In this document: positions 1-7,622 of the stretch, in pieces
How the letters are laid out: each line of letters opens with the position of its first letter
Numbering within the stretch: position 1 is the stretch's first letter
Assembly: GCA_043815885.1 (NCBI GenBank)
Contig: JBDRIL010000015.1
Span: 1-10,472, forward strand
From: an archaeon
GTDB taxonomy: Archaea; Iainarchaeota; Iainarchaeia; Iainarchaeales; 1-14-0-10-31-34
Direction: 5' to 3'
DNA length: 10,472 nt
Made by a program: the position numbers and the translations under genes
The notes under the pieces: model-generated
What the model saw: the letters and a program-made list of their open reading frames with translations, nothing else
What the model was told of the DNA's origin: nothing
The model's database searches: none

Positions 1-2
1 TT

Positions 3-425
3 ATTTTTGCTTTTTTATTGGTAACTGGTTTCTTTACAATTTATATGTACGCTAATTTTGGGATGAGAACCTTAAATTATTTAATTATTTTTCTCGGATT
101 TTTTTCTTTTATTGCTCTCTCACGGGTCTACAAAATGGAAAAATTAAAGTATCTTGTATTTGTGGTTTTACTTCTTTTTCCCTGTTCTCTTGTTGTTGGA
201 ACACGAGACCCAACGATATTAAATATTAAGGTAATCTACCATGCGCCTCAATACATAATCGAAGAAATGGAAATAGAAAACTGGAAAAATGAAAACAAAT
301 TATCAATTGATGGAAGTTATAGAATCAAAGACCATCTAGAGGGGATGCTTTTAAATCAAAAATATGACATAATTTATTCAGGGAAGGCAAGATTTGTGGG
401 AAAAGAAAATGAGGAGATGAAATGA
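3..425 (+). CDS. C-terminal part of a multi-pass membrane protein (5' end outside window); possibly a GT-C-fold or polymerase-like glycan enzyme
   Basis: The frame is open from position 3 (IFAFLLVTGFF...), so the TTG at 18 is probably not the start. About three hydrophobic segments (IFAFLLVTGFFTIYMY, LNYLIIFLGFFSFIAL, YLVFVVLLLFPCSLVV) are followed by a soluble tail. The TGA at 423-425 overlaps the next ATG (ATGA). Function is inferred from context only. Confidence 0.6.
   Translation: MFAFLLVTGFFTIYMYANFGMRTLNYLIIFLGFFSFIALSRVYKMEKLKYLVFVVLLLFPCSLVVGTRDPTILNIKVIYHAPQYIIEEMEIENWKNENKLSIDGSYRIKDHLEGMLLNQKYDIIYSGKARFVGKENEEMK
411..416 (+). promoter_or_regulatory. Shine-Dalgarno-like site for the first GT4 gene
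   Basis: GAGGAG 5 nt upstream of ATG 422, inside the 3' end of the preceding gene. Confidence 0.55.
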
Positions 426-1495
426 GGATTGGAATCTTTTTTGACACCTTTCTACAAGGAGGAGGCGCAGAAAAAGCGCTGTCAATTCTGGCCAAGCACT
501 TAAAGGCAGACATAATTACCTCCGGGTATAATAGCGAACTTTACAAGGACTGGAAAGTCAATCCAATTGACTTGGGGAACTTCACTTACAAATTCAACAA
601 TAGGATTGGTTTTGCTGAAACAGGAGCTTGGTTTTACTTCAATAGAAAAAGATTTGATTATGATTTGAATATATTTGGAGGGATTTTTTCAATATTTGCT
701 GCAGAAGGAAATTCGCCGAATATATGGTACTGTTTTTCTCCTAACCGGACATTGTACGATTTAAGGAGGAAGAGAATGAATGAAAGCAATTTCTTAGGAA
801 AAAAAATAATTAACATTTATTCTAATTTTTTGATTCCAAGAGACCAGAGAGCAGTGAAAAAACATATAGAGAAGATTTTTTGTATTTCAAATAATACCCA
901 AGAAAGAGTCAGAAGGTTCTATGGATTGGAGTCTGGAGTGATTTATCCTCCAATTGAGACTGAAAAGTATAGGTTTAAGGAATTCGGGGATTATTTTTTT
1001 ACTGTGAGCAGACTGATTCCGGAGAAGCGAGTGGATTTGATTGCAAGAGCCTTCACTGAAATGCCAGAGAAAAAATTAGTTATTGCTGGTTATGGACCGG
1101 AAGAAAAAAATATTAAGAAAATAATTCAAGGACACAAAAACATTGAATTCATTGGAAGGATAAATGAAAAGGAATTAATTGATCATTACGCTAACTGCCT
1201 AGCAACTGTTTACATGCCTGTGGATGAAGACTTTGGAATGATTGCACTGGAAGGAAACGCTTCAGGCAAGCCATGCATTGCAGTAAATGATGGGGGCTGC
1301 AGAGAAGCAGTCAGAAACAAAAAAACTGGTTTTCTCATCGAGCCAAAAGAAGAAGAAATAATCAAAACGGTGAACAATCTTTCAGAAGAAAAAGCTGAGA
1401 GAATGAAAAAAGACTGTATTAATTGGAGCAAGGAATTTGACGTAAGAAAGTATCTCCAGCGATGGGATGAAGAGATAAAGAAGAAAATTGGTTGA
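422..1495 (+). CDS. Glycosyltransferase family 4 (GT-B, retaining; WbaZ-like)
   Basis: 357 aa. N-terminal GGGAEK loop, VIYPPIET linker, VSRLIPEKRVD (R/K donor-phosphate motif) and EDFGMIALE (E-x7-E) followed by ASGKPCIA. GAGGAG at 411-416 lies upstream of ATG 422; ATGA overlap with the previous gene. Confidence 0.92.
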   Translation: MRIGIFFDTFLQGGGAEKALSILAKHLKADIITSGYNSELYKDWKVNPIDLGNFTYKFNNRIGFAETGAWFYFNRKRFDYDLNIFGGIFSIFAAEGNSPNIWYCFSPNRTLYDLRRKRMNESNFLGKKIINIYSNFLIPRDQRAVKKHIEKIFCISNNTQERVRRFYGLESGVIYPPIETEKYRFKEFGDYFFTVSRLIPEKRVDLIARAFTEMPEKKLVIAGYGPEEKNIKKIIQGHKNIEFIGRINEKELIDHYANCLATVYMPVDEDFGMIALEGNASGKPCIAVNDGGCREAVRNKKTGFLIEPKEEEIIKTVNNLSEEKAERMKKDCINWSKEFDVRKYLQRWDEEIKKKIG

Positions 1496-1497
1496 AT

Positions 1498-1504
1498 GGT
1501 GGGG
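1498..1504 (+). promoter_or_regulatory. Purine-rich ribosome-binding-site-like element for the Trm112-methyltransferase gene
   Basis: GGTGGGG in the 11-nt gap between TGA (ending 1495) and ATG 1507. Confidence 0.4.
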
Positions 1505-1506
1505 AA

Positions 1507-2505
1507 ATGAGGAAAAAAAGTTTGGAAAAAATCAGTTGTCCTGAATGCAATTCAAATGAATTCCATCTAACCAAAAAAAATGAAAACAAGACAGAGATAA
1601 GGGAAGGAATAATAGAATGCAAAGGATGCAGAAAAAAATTCTCAATAAAAAATGGAATAATTGATTTGCTTTTAAATCCAAGCAAAAGCATAGTAAATGA
1701 ACAGAAAGGATGGATGCATGACCATAAAAAAAATTTTGAATCTGTAAGGAGAAACGAATTTATTTTATCTCTGCCTCGCCCTCAAAACCCAGAGGACAAG
1801 GAATGGTGGGAAGAACAGGCAACGAACTATGAATTTGTATTCGAAAAGATGAAACTGAGCGGAAAGGAAAGTGTGCTTGATTTGGGGGCAGGAAGGTGCT
1901 GGAGTACAAGAGATTTTGCAAAAAAGGGCTGCGAAGCAATAGCATTGGATATTGTAAGAGAAAAGTATGTAGGATTGGAATCATCCGATTTATACATAAC
2001 TAAGGATCTTTTTTTTGAGAGAATTCTGGGGGATATGAATGAAATTCCTTTTATGGACGAATCTTTTGATATAGTTTTTTCTACTGCCACACTTCATCAT
2101 TCAAGCAACTTAATGGAAACATTTAAGGAAATAAGAAGGGTACTGAAACCAAATGGAAGGATTGTTTTGGTTAACGAGCCAGTGAGAGGAATTCTTGAAA
2201 GCAAGGAATTCAAGCATGAATTGGTTGATTTGGGAGTGAATGAACACAAGTACACTTTATTTGAATGGATCAATGCACTTAAAAAAAATGGGTTTAAGGT
2301 AAAGATATTTTTTCCGAAGAATGTTGAGGAAATGATGAAGACAGGAAATGTAAAAGGAGAAAAAAAATACAAATTGGTTATTGGAAGGATTGTTTCAGTT
2401 TTTTGGAGATTCGCTCCAACAAGAGTTATTCTGGAAAGAGTATTACATTTGCCTGGACAGGTGTTTATTGGAATGGGATTGATTGCAATAGGAGAAAAAA
2501 AGTGA
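1507..2505 (+). CDS. Class I SAM-dependent methyltransferase with N-terminal Trm112-like zinc-ribbon domain
   Basis: N-terminus LEKISCPEC...EIREGIIECKGCRKKFSIKNGIIDLL fits the Trm112 pattern. SAM motif I VLDLGAGRC, then ALDI, DMNEIPFMDESFDIVFS...LHH and EIRRVLKPNGRIVLVNEP (Methyltransf_11-like). ATG 1507, preceded by GGTGGGG at 1498-1504, is preferred over TTG 1492. Confidence 0.88.
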   Translation: MRKKSLEKISCPECNSNEFHLTKKNENKTEIREGIIECKGCRKKFSIKNGIIDLLLNPSKSIVNEQKGWMHDHKKNFESVRRNEFILSLPRPQNPEDKEWWEEQATNYEFVFEKMKLSGKESVLDLGAGRCWSTRDFAKKGCEAIALDIVREKYVGLESSDLYITKDLFFERILGDMNEIPFMDESFDIVFSTATLHHSSNLMETFKEIRRVLKPNGRIVLVNEPVRGILESKEFKHELVDLGVNEHKYTLFEWINALKKNGFKVKIFFPKNVEEMMKTGNVKGEKKYKLVIGRIVSVFWRFAPTRVILERVLHLPGQVFIGMGLIAIGEKK

Positions 2506-3662
2506 AAAAAATGAGGATTGCAATGATTCATCTGGGTTTTCCTCCGGAGGATGTTGCTGGAGGAAGTCTTTACGTATATAATTTAGCTAATGAATTAAGT
2601 AGGTTGGGGCATGGGATTGATGTCTACACTTACAAACCTAAAAACAAAACCAAGAGAAACGATTACCCAACTGAAAAAAATGTCAGGGTTAAAAGATTAA
2701 ACTACAGATATGTCCCCCTACTGAAAGAAAAAGTGATTCTGAACATAAATAAATCCATTGATTTTAGAAAGTATGATTTAGTGCACGGATTCCATCCACT
2801 TTATTTCACTGTCTCAAGCGTGTTTAATGAATGCAAGAAAAAAGGAATTCCTTTTGTAAACACTGTATTTGATTTGGGGATTTTTTCTTCCGGCATTACA
2901 AGGAGACTGAGGTTTAAAACGCAGTTGGAAGGTTCGCTCAAAAAAATGGCTTTTGGGACAACCATCTCAAAAACAACTGAAAAAAAATTAATTGAATTCC
3001 TCCCAGAGACCGAACCAAAAATTGAATTTATTCCGCCTGGAATAGATGAAAAAATATTTGACCCCAAAAAAGTGAACGAAGAAAGGATAATGAGGAAATA
3101 TGGAATCAAGAGTAATTGCAAGAATCTGTTGTTTGTCGGAAGAGTTATCCCATCAAAAGGAATGGAATATTTATTGGAGGCATTGGAAGCAGTAATTGAA
3201 AAAAGAAATAAAATTAATTTACATGTTGTTGGGGAAGTGGATGCAAATTATAAAAAAAAGCTGGAGGAAAAAGTTAATGGATCTGGATTAAAGGGAAAGG
3301 TATTCTTTCATTCATTCACTCCAATTGGAGACCTGCCCGGAGTATTTAAATTAAGTGATCTTCTTGTATTGCCTTCCTTCACTGAGGGAGAGGGGTTTGG
3401 ATTGGTTGTATTGGAAGCATTAGCAATGGGAACGCCAGTGATTACAACAGAGATCGTTGGAAGTTCTTATCTCATAAAAGAAAACCCCAAATACGGGATA
3501 ATAGTGAAGGAAAAGAATTCTGATGAATTAAGCAATGCAATAATTGAATTGATTGAAAAAAAGAAAGCAGTTAATTCAAGGAAAATAATTGAAGATTATT
3601 CCTGGGGAAAAGTTGGCAGAAAGATGAACGAAATATATGAAAGGGTGGGAAAAGAGAAATGA
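2502..3662 (+). CDS. Glycosyltransferase family 4 (GT-B, retaining)
   Basis: MRIAMIHLGFPP..AGG start, FIPPGID linker, LLFVGRVIPSKG and VLPSFTEGEGFGLVVLEALAMGTPVI. Start is GTG 2502 (GGAG at 2491-2494, GTGA overlap with the upstream stop) or ATG 2511. The track's TTG at 2403 would overlap the upstream gene by about 100 nt and is unlikely. Confidence 0.92.
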   Translation: MKKMRIAMIHLGFPPEDVAGGSLYVYNLANELSRLGHGIDVYTYKPKNKTKRNDYPTEKNVRVKRLNYRYVPLLKEKVILNINKSIDFRKYDLVHGFHPLYFTVSSVFNECKKKGIPFVNTVFDLGIFSSGITRRLRFKTQLEGSLKKMAFGTTISKTTEKKLIEFLPETEPKIEFIPPGIDEKIFDPKKVNEERIMRKYGIKSNCKNLLFVGRVIPSKGMEYLLEALEAVIEKRNKINLHVVGEVDANYKKKLEEKVNGSGLKGKVFFHSFTPIGDLPGVFKLSDLLVLPSFTEGEGFGLVVLEALAMGTPVITTEIVGSSYLIKENPKYGIIVKEKNSDELSNAIIELIEKKKAVNSRKIIEDYSWGKVGRKMNEIYERVGKEK

Positions 3663-5077
3663 CTAAACTGGTTTTGGCTCATGTATGGAATCCTTCCATT
3701 TATCCTCCGCTTGGATTGGGATACATTGCCTCTTACTTAAAAAAATATGGAATCGATTCAGAAATAAAAATCATAGGAAACGAAGCAAAACAAGCACTAA
3801 AAGAAATACTGAGAGAAAAACCTGATTTGGTTGGATTTACTGCCTCAAGTCCAGCTTATCATGTAGCGGAGTGGGTTGCAGGAAAACTGAAGGAAGAAAC
3901 CAATGTACCGGTTATTCTTGGGGGAGCGCACATTACCCCAATTCCTGAAACGCTCTCAAAAAACTTTGATTTGGCTGTATTGGGAGAAGGAGAGCAAACC
4001 TTTCTTGAGTTAATGAAGTTGGTGGAGAAGGGAGAGGATTTTTCAGAAAAGAATTTGAAAAAAATTAATGGCTTGGCTTTTCATTCAAAAAAAGAAGTTA
4101 AGAAAACACTGCCAAGGAAACTGATTACTCCCTTGGATGAAATCCCTTTTCCTGCAAGGGAATTATTTGGAATGGAAAAATATCTTAAACCCCAAGACAT
4201 TCTCTGCACGCATGAATCAATCAGGGGAACATCAATGCTTTCCTCCAGAGGCTGCCCATACAGGTGCATTTACTGTCAGGCCTCAACACACTGGAATTTC
4301 CTGAGAATGAATTCAGCTGAATACGTTGCAAATGAAACCAAACACTTGCACGAAAAATACAAGGTAGAGGGGATTGCTGTAGTGGACGATTTATTTATTT
4401 CAAATAAGGATAGATTGAGAGGAATAATAAAGAAGCTAAAAGAACATGGAATCCTTGGGGAAATAAGGTTTTTGGTTGATGGAAGAGCGAATTTAATTGA
4501 CAATGAAACCCTCAAATTATTAAAGAAATTAAATGTTGTAAATGTTACTTTAGGGATTGAATCAGGTTCTGAAAGGGTATTGAATTACTTAAAGAAAGGA
4601 ACTGTTACAGTAAAACAAAACATTGAAGCAATAAATAAAATTAATGCGTATGGAATGGGTGTTTATGGACAGTTTATGATCGGTTCACCAACCGAAACAA
4701 GGGAAGAAATGTTACAGACTCTGGAATTTATTAAGAACCCTGGAATAAAGACGGCACACATTTCAATTACTACCCCTCTTCCAGGAACAGAGTTGTGGGA
4801 TTACTGCTCTGAGAAAGGCCTTATTGATTTGAAGAACATGGATTGGAGTAAGTTTGATATGGATCCAAAAAGGATTGAAAACAGTTTTTACGTCAATGAA
4901 AAGGTTCCGTTTGAGGAATTCAGGAAGATCTATGACAAGTGCTGGCAGGAATCAATGACGAAACATCTCTCCCAGAGTTCTTTCTTTAGCAAGGATAATT
5001 TAATTAAAGGTTTAAGGAAACCGTTATTTTCATTGAAATTGGTTATTAATTTATTGAAGAGAAAGTTGAGTGGGTGA
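3659..5077 (+). CDS. Cobalamin (B12)-binding-domain radical SAM protein (class B methyltransferase-like, BchE/HpnP-type architecture)
   Basis: 472 aa. B12-binding-domain hallmarks PPLGLGYIASYL, PDLVGFT, VILGGAHIT and VLGEGE. Radical SAM motif SRGCPYRCIYC (Cys codons at 4253, 4265, 4274), then VDDLF, GIESGS, FMIGSPTET and TPLPGTELW. ATGA overlap with the upstream gene. Confidence 0.92.
   Translation: MTKLVLAHVWNPSIYPPLGLGYIASYLKKYGIDSEIKIIGNEAKQALKEILREKPDLVGFTASSPAYHVAEWVAGKLKEETNVPVILGGAHITPIPETLSKNFDLAVLGEGEQTFLELMKLVEKGEDFSEKNLKKINGLAFHSKKEVKKTLPRKLITPLDEIPFPARELFGMEKYLKPQDILCTHESIRGTSMLSSRGCPYRCIYCQASTHWNFLRMNSAEYVANETKHLHEKYKVEGIAVVDDLFISNKDRLRGIIKKLKEHGILGEIRFLVDGRANLIDNETLKLLKKLNVVNVTLGIESGSERVLNYLKKGTVTVKQNIEAINKINAYGMGVYGQFMIGSPTETREEMLQTLEFIKNPGIKTAHISITTPLPGTELWDYCSEKGLIDLKNMDWSKFDMDPKRIENSFYVNEKVPFEEFRKIYDKCWQESMTKHLSQSSFFSKDNLIKGLRKPLFSLKLVINLLKRKLSG
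5073..5077 (+). promoter_or_regulatory. GGTGA Shine-Dalgarno-like site overlapping the radical SAM stop codon
   Basis: GGTGA includes the TGA stop of 3659..5077 and lies 10 nt upstream of ATG 5088. Confidence 0.4.
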
Positions 5078-5087
5078 AATGAAGTTC

Positions 5088-6113
5088 ATGAAAATACTTG
5101 TATTGAGGCTTGATAGGCTTGGAGATTTAGTGCTTTCACTTCCAGCAATAAATTCCCTTAGAGAAAATTTTCCTGAAGCGAGAATCAGTGTAATGGTAAA
5201 AAAAGAATTCAAGGAATTAATTGAAGGAAATGCTTCCATCAACGAAGTAATTGAATTTGATCCAAGTGGAATCCACAAAGGAGGATTGGAAAAGGTAAAA
5301 TTAGCTTGGGAAGTGAGGAAAAAAGGATTTGATTTAGCAATAGATCTGGCTCCGGTGAGAAACGACTTTAGTGCTCTCGTACTTTTACTTAGTGGAGCAA
5401 GGGAGCGGGTTGGTTACAATGTAGGATTGAGGAGGATTGGTGCAAACAGGAAGATGGACTTTCCTAAAGAAATAAAGTATGAAGTTGAGCTGACTCTGGA
5501 TTTATTGAGAAAAATTGGATTAAAAAAAATAAACAAAGAACTAAGAATTGATGTTAAAAAAGATAATAAAAAGAAAATAAATAATTTATTAAAAAATTTG
5601 AATTTAGAAAAAAAACTTTTGATTGGAATGCATCCGGGTGTTTCAGGAGACATTCCAGAGAAGGCATGGAAGAAGGAAAGGTATGCAGAGCTAGGGAAAA
5701 AATTAATGAATGAATTGAATGCAACAATTATTTTAACTGGAAACAGGAAGGAAAAAGGATTATTGGGGGAGATAAATGAATTAATGGAAAGAAAAGCTTA
5801 CTATTTTTCAGAATTAAATGCAGGAGAATTAGCCGCATTGATAGGAGAGGTTAACTTATACATAACTAACAATTCTGGCCCGATGCACATTGCAGTTGCA
5901 CTGAAAAAACCAACAATTGTAATAAATGCATTTTCCAACACTAATCGTTGGGGACCAAAAGGGGAAAACTGCACAGTGTTAAAAAAAGGGCTTCCATGCT
6001 GGCCTTGTGAAACAGGAAAGCCAATTAACTGCAAGAGAAACTTTGAGTGTATTAACTCAATCAAAGTAGAACATGTTTTTAATGCAGTAAAGAAACAATT
6101 AAATTTAAATTGA
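5088..6113 (+). CDS. Glycosyltransferase family 9 (ADP-heptose:LPS heptosyltransferase-like, WaaC/WaaF family fold)
   Basis: MKILVLRLDRLGDLVLSLPAINSLRENFPEA start, FDLAIDL, IGMHPG..EKAW..ERY, TNNSGPMHIAVALKKPTI, RWGP and a C-terminal CWPC..C..C segment. ATG 5088 has GGTGA at 5073-5077 upstream; ATG 5079 is an alternative start. Confidence 0.9.
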   Translation: MKILVLRLDRLGDLVLSLPAINSLRENFPEARISVMVKKEFKELIEGNASINEVIEFDPSGIHKGGLEKVKLAWEVRKKGFDLAIDLAPVRNDFSALVLLLSGARERVGYNVGLRRIGANRKMDFPKEIKYEVELTLDLLRKIGLKKINKELRIDVKKDNKKKINNLLKNLNLEKKLLIGMHPGVSGDIPEKAWKKERYAELGKKLMNELNATIILTGNRKEKGLLGEINELMERKAYYFSELNAGELAALIGEVNLYITNNSGPMHIAVALKKPTIVINAFSNTNRWGPKGENCTVLKKGLPCWPCETGKPINCKRNFECINSIKVEHVFNAVKKQLNLN

Positions 6114-6124
6114 AAGGGGAAAAA

Positions 6125-7618
6125 ATGAATAAAAAGAAAAGGATTGTACTTGTTAGGCCTAAGGCAAACGAAAAAGAAAAATTAATTGTAACTCCTTTGT
6201 CGTTGCTTACGGTTGCGGCTCCATTGGAGAGGGAAGGGTACGACATAAAAATAGTGGATTCGGATTTAGAAGCGAATTATATAGAAAAAATTTTGGAATA
6301 TTCTGAAAATGCCATTTGTGTTGGAATAACCTCTATTACAGGCTATCAAATCTCTGACGGATTGAAGATTTCTAAAGCAATAAAGAAAAAATTTCCTAAG
6401 CTGCCTATTGTCTGGGGCGGATGGCACGCTACTGTCGCACCAAAAGAAACTGCTGCAAACCCTTACATTGATGTTGCAGTTAAAGGACAGGGAGAAGTAA
6501 CATTTCAAGAATTAGTTTACGCTTTCGAGAAAAACAAATCAATTGACAAAATAAAAGGAATTGCCTTCAAGAAGAAAGGAAAAGTAGTAATGAATCCTTT
6601 AAGGCCATTTGAAGACCTAAATAAATTTCCCCCAATTCCTTATCACTTAATCGATGTTGAAAAATATATTGAAGCAAGACCTGAAAGAGAGAGAACAATT
6701 GAATACCGCTCAAGTCAAGGATGTCCATTTCACTGCAATTTTTGTGCGGAGTCATGCATGACTGGAATGAGATGGAGTGGATTGAAGGCTGAAAGAGTCG
6801 TGGGAGAATTAGAAAACCTTGTAAAGAAATACAATATTGAAAGCATATTGTTTTTTGAGAATAATTTTTTTCTTGATAAAGAAAGAGTGAGGAAAATCAG
6901 CAAAGGAATCCTTAAGAAGAAGTTAAAAATTAAAATGAGAAACATGAATGCCAGGGTAAATGGATTCAATAACTTTGAACCGGAGTTAATGAGATTGATA
7001 AAGAAGGCCGGAGTAAGAGACATATTGATTGGGGCAGAATCAGGAAACCAGAAAGTATTGGATTTGATAAATAAAAGAATTAAAGTTGAAGACATAATTG
7101 AAACAAAAAGAATCTGCAACAAATATGGAATGATGCCCTTTGTTTCCCTTATGACCGGGTTTCCTTTTGAGGAGGTGCCTTTCGAGGAAGAATTTAATGA
7201 TACATTGAATTTAGTGGAAAAATTTCAGGAATTCGACAACAACAATTTCTTCTTTATTAACATCTATCTCTCCTATCCGGGAACAGAACTCCATGAGTAC
7301 GGATTAAAAAAAGGTCTGGAAAAAAAGAAGTCTTTAGAGGAATGGGCAAAGTTTGATTTAACCACAAAAAACCCATGGGTTCCTGAAGGCTATGAAAAGA
7401 AGATTGAACACATAAATAACTACGTTATCAGAATTCCTACTAAAAGGAGTGAAAGGGATTGGGAAGCATTGAGCAACAATCCTTTACTGAAAAAATTTTT
7501 TGTTTTCACTCACAAAGTCCTTTCAAGAACTGCAAAACTAAGGCTAAAGTACAGGTTCTTTGATTTTCCAGTTGAGTACAGGTTTCTTAAACTGATTTCT
7601 CCTGCAATGAAGAGTTGA
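6125..7618 (+). CDS. Cobalamin (B12)-binding-domain radical SAM protein
   Basis: PLSLLTVAAPL, VGITSITGYQI, IVWGGWHAT and KGQGE mark the B12-binding domain. SSQGCPFHCNFC (Cys codons at 6722, 6734, 6743), ENNFF, IGAESG, LMTGFP and YPGTEL follow. ATG 6125 with GGGGA at 6116-6120 is preferred over TTG 6110. Confidence 0.92.
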   Translation: MNKKKRIVLVRPKANEKEKLIVTPLSLLTVAAPLEREGYDIKIVDSDLEANYIEKILEYSENAICVGITSITGYQISDGLKISKAIKKKFPKLPIVWGGWHATVAPKETAANPYIDVAVKGQGEVTFQELVYAFEKNKSIDKIKGIAFKKKGKVVMNPLRPFEDLNKFPPIPYHLIDVEKYIEARPERERTIEYRSSQGCPFHCNFCAESCMTGMRWSGLKAERVVGELENLVKKYNIESILFFENNFFLDKERVRKISKGILKKKLKIKMRNMNARVNGFNNFEPELMRLIKKAGVRDILIGAESGNQKVLDLINKRIKVEDIIETKRICNKYGMMPFVSLMTGFPFEEVPFEEEFNDTLNLVEKFQEFDNNNFFFINIYLSYPGTELHEYGLKKGLEKKKSLEEWAKFDLTTKNPWVPEGYEKKIEHINNYVIRIPTKRSERDWEALSNNPLLKKFFVFTHKVLSRTAKLRLKYRFFDFPVEYRFLKLISPAMKS

Positions 7619-7622
7619 TGGA

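Noticed and set aside
799..2288. A8/T8 homopolymers (799-806, 2009-2016, 2281-2288) as slippage or frameshift sites
   Set aside because: Such runs are expected in AT-rich, Lys/Phe-rich genes, and all reading frames are intact.
2403..2501. N-terminal extension of the second GT4 given by the track
   Set aside because: It overlaps the upstream methyltransferase by about 100 nt, and GT4 homology starts at MRIAMI.
421..2520. Identical AATGAGGATTG at the starts of both GT4 genes (421-431, 2510-2520)
   Set aside because: Explained by the common M-R-I start of GT4 proteins; the similarity does not extend further.
7548..7584. 10-bp direct repeat AGTACAGGTT (7548-7557, 7575-7584)
   Set aside because: Only two copies, both encoding YRF in the protein tail; not a CRISPR array or a target-site duplication.
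3659..7618. Assigning bchE, hpnP/hpnJ, grsA/B or waaF gene symbols
   Set aside because: Only family-level motifs are visible and no pathway partners in the window support specific orthology.
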